From positions 24,740,001 through 24,804,000 of the forward strand of contig NC_045696.1 in the NCBI RefSeq assembly GCF_009834535.1: a stretch of DNA of 64,000 nucleotides, read 5' to 3'. The translations under genes were made by a program, and so were the position numbers. The notes beneath the pieces were generated by a model. The model made no database searches and was not told the DNA's origin. It saw only the letters and a program-made list of their open reading frames with translations. This document shows, piece by piece, positions 1 to 64,000 of the stretch (the first letter of the stretch is position 1; the number at the start of each line of letters is the position of its first letter). Source of the DNA: Camelus ferus. Taxonomy: Eukaryota.

Positions 1-223
1 AGCCCTGGGTATCAGTCTGTTCTTTCTGTGAGCTAACTTGGTAACGCTGAGTCAGCTCTTTTGCTAGGAGCAAAAGAGAGAAAGAAATGAGCCTCCAGGG
101 TAATCCAGATTGGTCTCTCAGTACTTAGTTAATACAGCCTATAATTCAGACAGGCAAGGGAGAAGAGAGTTTAATTAACTGGGTTATAAACATACCATAT
201 ACCACACAATCATTATTACTTAC

Positions 224-60247
<60,024 letters not shown>

Positions 60248-61257
60248 CTAAAAAGAAAAAAATATATAACAAGTAATGTATGAAGAAAATGCCTTTATTT
60301 TACATTTGAAATGTCTTTGTCAGCAAGTAGAAAAGTAAACATGAAATCATTTGTGTTTCAGCTATGTTGATATCATGATCTTTAAGGAATACAATTAAAA
60401 TATTCTTGAATAGTGGTTGCACTAGAGGAATTTTAAGATTTCTCCTAACATTTATGCCTGTTTACATAGCAAGAAACCATGTAGAAAAGGAAAATTATTT
60501 TACAAATGTCTATTACTGTCTCTATACACACACATCTATCTATGTATATATGTAGTTCCTTGAATTATATGACCATGTATATATGTATATGCATATATAT
60601 ATACACATATAAGCTAAATTTAAACATTTTAATTGTTAAATTAAAAATATTTTGTCTTCTGAAAAAATAGAAAAATGAAGGACTTTAATAGGCATTTAGT
60701 TTACTTCCTTCTGTGTGTTTAATTGCATAATTTGTATAAATGTATAAATACATGCATAATTATATATTTATCACAATTACATAGTATTTGGGGAGGTAAT
60801 AATATTTCCATAGAATTCTTCCCATTGACCTAGTGAGTTCAACCAAGAGAACAGATGTTTAAAAGGGAAAGCCTCAAAAGTAATAATTTTACATTTTCAA
60901 AGGTCAGCATCAATCTTTGTACTTTAAAAATTTCAGTTGATCACAGCATTAAATTTCATCCTTAGAAATTGTTCCGTATTTAACAATTTTTGCATTGATC
61001 CCCTCTAAACCAGTTCTGAGTTCATATTCAAGAAGTGTTTACCAAATTTTTACAAATTCTGATTCTAGAAGCAATGCATGAAACAAAATTTCATCCTGTA
61101 CAGCAAAATGTCCTGGCTGTAGAAGAGAAAGCAGGACACTCACTCCAAATCTATTCTCTCAGTCACAGCAAGTGACGTGCTATAAATCACTAAATACATA
61201 TGGACATATTTAGTAGGTATAGCATATTTAGTAGGGATTATATTTAGTATATATGCA

Positions 61258-61479
61258 CAGTTGACCCTTGAACAGCTCGGGTTTGAACTGCATGGGTCCA
61301 CTTACATTTGAATTTTTTTCAGTAATAAATACTACAGTACTGCATGGTTGATTGAACCCCCAGAAAAGAAACTTTGGATTTGGAGGACCTCCGTATACAG
61401 GCCAAGTATAAATTATATGCAGATTTTCGACTTCAAGGCGGCTAGGCACCATAATCTCTATGTTATTCAAGGTCAACTG
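61258..61479 (+). mobile_element. MER8-like (Tigger2-derived) MITE
   Basis: TIRs cagttgacccttgaaca ... ttattcaaggtcaactg followed by ta; gggtttgaactgcatgggtccactta. Confidence 0.88.
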
Positions 61480-62059
61480 TAATTTAACTAATTGGTATCT
61501 ATCTTTATATAACTGTTTCAAGAAGTAAACACTGTGACAAACGTAAAACATTTATCACATGGCGGCCCCAAACAACCAAATATATGAACTATAATATCTT
61601 AGCTCTTATTACCAAACACATTATTTGGAAAATAAGTACATATATTAGTGGGGAAAATGTTCTGAAAATTTTCTGGGAATTAGTAGGCATCCCATAAACA
61701 TGCCTTAACATTCACGGCTTATGGGCAATTTTCATTTGAGTGCTAGTCTTGTTATTTCTGAATTATGATGGAGGAGCAAGAAGTTTAGACCGTGGAACCA
61801 CAGCATGGCCTGGGTCCAAGATTTAGTGAACTGTGCTGCTCTCAATCTTCCTTGGGTTCAACCTTGGGATGTGGCCTCTTGCGGATATGACTTGTGTGAT
61901 GCTACAGTTAACAATACCCCATAGCCCCTAATTTCAGGAGCTTCCTTTGTGAGTATTAGAGGAGGGTTCTGGGAACAGAGGAGGAAGCTATGGGCAAGTG
62001 GCAGTCCAAGCTGATGGAGAAGGGAAAACGTCTAGTTAGCAAATGAACTTATGTTTCTT

Positions 62060-62245
62060 AATCATTTATTACGTGCCAGATTATGTACTAAGTATTTCAT
62101 TAAATACAACATGTCTTTGTGGTGGGACTATTACTGTCATCCCCACTTTACAGAAGAGGAAACTAAGGCACAGAGTCAAAACAAAAAACAAAAAAACTTG
62201 TCCAAGATCCTCCAACTAAGAAGAGACTAGATCGAATCTGGTAAA
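62060..62245 (-). mobile_element. MIR SINE
   Basis: cattta..gtgccaga..ctaagtattt..catccccactttacagaagaggaaactaaggcacagag. Confidence 0.8.
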
Positions 62246-63978
62246 TTCATTCTACCTTACAGACGTAATTCCACACTCTCTTAACTCTGCCTATTACATG
62301 TTTGATGCTACTTAGAAATACCGTTCCCCTTGTCCACATCCTTGTACTTCTCTTCTCCTGGTTAAATCTTACTTGTGCTTCAATCCTGTTTAGGATTTAT
62401 TGCCTTTGGTAATTCCTCCCCTCCCAACCCAACCACCAAGATTCTGGTTCTGCGTTACCACAGCAATCTCAGCATACTCTTCAAGGAGGAATTAAAGGCT
62501 CTTCAGATCTGTCCTCACTGAATTTACCCTCACTCTTACCTGACTATCCAACCGTTTACCTACAGGTGCTTCCCTCCTGCTAGACTTAGTTTCTCCAGAG
62601 GACAGAAACTAGGTTTGATTTATTTTTATATTTAGAGGGCCTAGTTCATAACATGTTCTGGATGAATGAATGTATGATGAATCAATGTTAATTACTGCCA
62701 ATAAAAATGTTTTAGAGGTTTTCTATTCATAGGTCACTATGCCATCCCCAGAAACTCAATCAGAAAGTCATGGTTTTGGTTTATAGGTTAGATTGGGATT
62801 TTATCTGAGACCTAGTATGTCAAAAATACAAAGTCTCAGCAATGAAATGTATTCATACAAGGCTTTCAACATACTTTGAAGGCATCAACTTTTTTTTTTA
62901 AACTTGACATCAAAGAAATTACAAATAGAAAATGCAATTAAAACGAATATTTTCAATCTTATCTACATGGATTCTTGCTTGGTCTGTAAAGCTATCCAGA
63001 TTGAGTAACAGTCAAGGAAATGAACGTTGTCAGAATCGTAGAGGAAGAGCCCACTGGAATTTGGGGTGAGGGAACTATTTGAGTTGTATAATTTCCCACA
63101 AGTCTGTAACTCATTGCCTTTGGCTACCTCTGCAGTTAGACTAATTATGTTAAACCAGCTCACCTGATTAAGCCTGCCATCTCTATAGTGTGAGGTAAAA
63201 ACAGTGCAATGCCCTGCTGGGGCTCTTGTACACTTTCAAGGGACTTACCTTTACTCTATAGGCTTAAAAGGGTACTTTACACGTAATTTGTCTTACTTTT
63301 AAAGAAATTTATAGTTCAATATGTAATAAGAAGAATAGCTGTCAAATTTATTTGACGCTTGGAGTTAGTAACAAAAGCCAGAATTTGAACAAGATCCCCT
63401 GAATCTGAAATCTTTTTTCTTTTTTTTTTTTTAGAACTACAAAACTTGTCTTAAGGGCTATTTCTAAGACCTGGTCTTGTATAACGATGAGAAGTAAAAC
63501 AAATGGAAATTTTATTAGGAAAATCTGTTCCCGATACACAAGGCAGGCTCATTTCCCTGAACTACTGCCTTAGCATCTGACTTCTATTGTGGAAGAAGCA
63601 CGTGTTATCACGGGGGCGGGGAGCGGGTGGGGGGGGAGGGGAGCGGGGGCGGAGCAAGGCACAGTTATGAGTCCGCAGTTTCTGGATTTGCCCCCACCTC
63701 GGTGTCCCATACCGTCAGTTAGCACACAGAAGTGTTACTTATCCCGAATCTCTCCTGTGGTTTTTATGGGCTCTATCACTGCTTGTGGAATTTCATTCCA
63801 ACTTCTACTCCTTTGGTGATGTCAGGTCCATTCATTCTTTTCTCAGATGTTTGTTTCTATTTATGGGGGAGTCAATTATCCCTTCAAAGATGCCTCTTTC
63901 CTCCAGCAGCCACCGCGACTGAGGTCTTGATGGCTCAAGTTTCACACCATCCTGGGGAGTGTTCTCAGCTCTCCCTAC

Positions 63979-64000
63979 TGTGTGTGTGTGTGTGTGTGTG
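63979..64000. repeat. (TG)n microsatellite, truncated by window end
   Basis: tg x11 to position 64000. Confidence 0.95.

Noticed and set aside
62963..63163. 66-aa minus-strand ORF beginning SWFN, as an upstream exon
   Set aside because: Resemblance to the lasso SWFS motif is superficial; the ORF ends in a stop and has no matching donor
63243..63290. Strong minus-strand donor (AAG|gtaagt) as the candidate end of exon 1
   Set aside because: The upstream sequence has no convincing ATG-led or ABCC13-like reading frame; a non-coding or cryptic exon cannot be excluded

Overview
Mammalian genomic DNA: AT-rich, long introns, no prokaryotic features. The window is almost entirely one minus-strand gene, an ABCC/MRP-type ABC transporter that I recognise as ABCC13. 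I hand-spliced 21 internal coding exons (60247 down to 224). All introns are GT-AG and all phases are compatible, giving 2919 nt / 973 codons with no stop or frameshift. They cover the lasso/L0 region, TMD1, NBD1, a short linker and most of TMD2. The first coding exon lies beyond 64000, and the end of TMD2 plus NBD2 lie beyond position 1. The exon that carries the inactivating 11-bp deletion in human ABCC13 is intact here. Introns hold ancient eutherian repeats (L2, MIR, MLT1/MLT2, MER3/33/47/8/102/115), a younger L1 3' end with TSD, and two tRNA-derived SINEs resembling camelid Vic-1, which suggests a camel/alpaca-like source. They also hold an L1-mobilised polyadenylated LTR fragment and several perfect short tandem duplications. 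Exon numbers assume one unseen upstream coding exon. Repeat family names and paralogue comparisons are from memory, not database searches. I found no wholly new biological system; the best leads are the apparently intact orphan transporter and its specific deviations.
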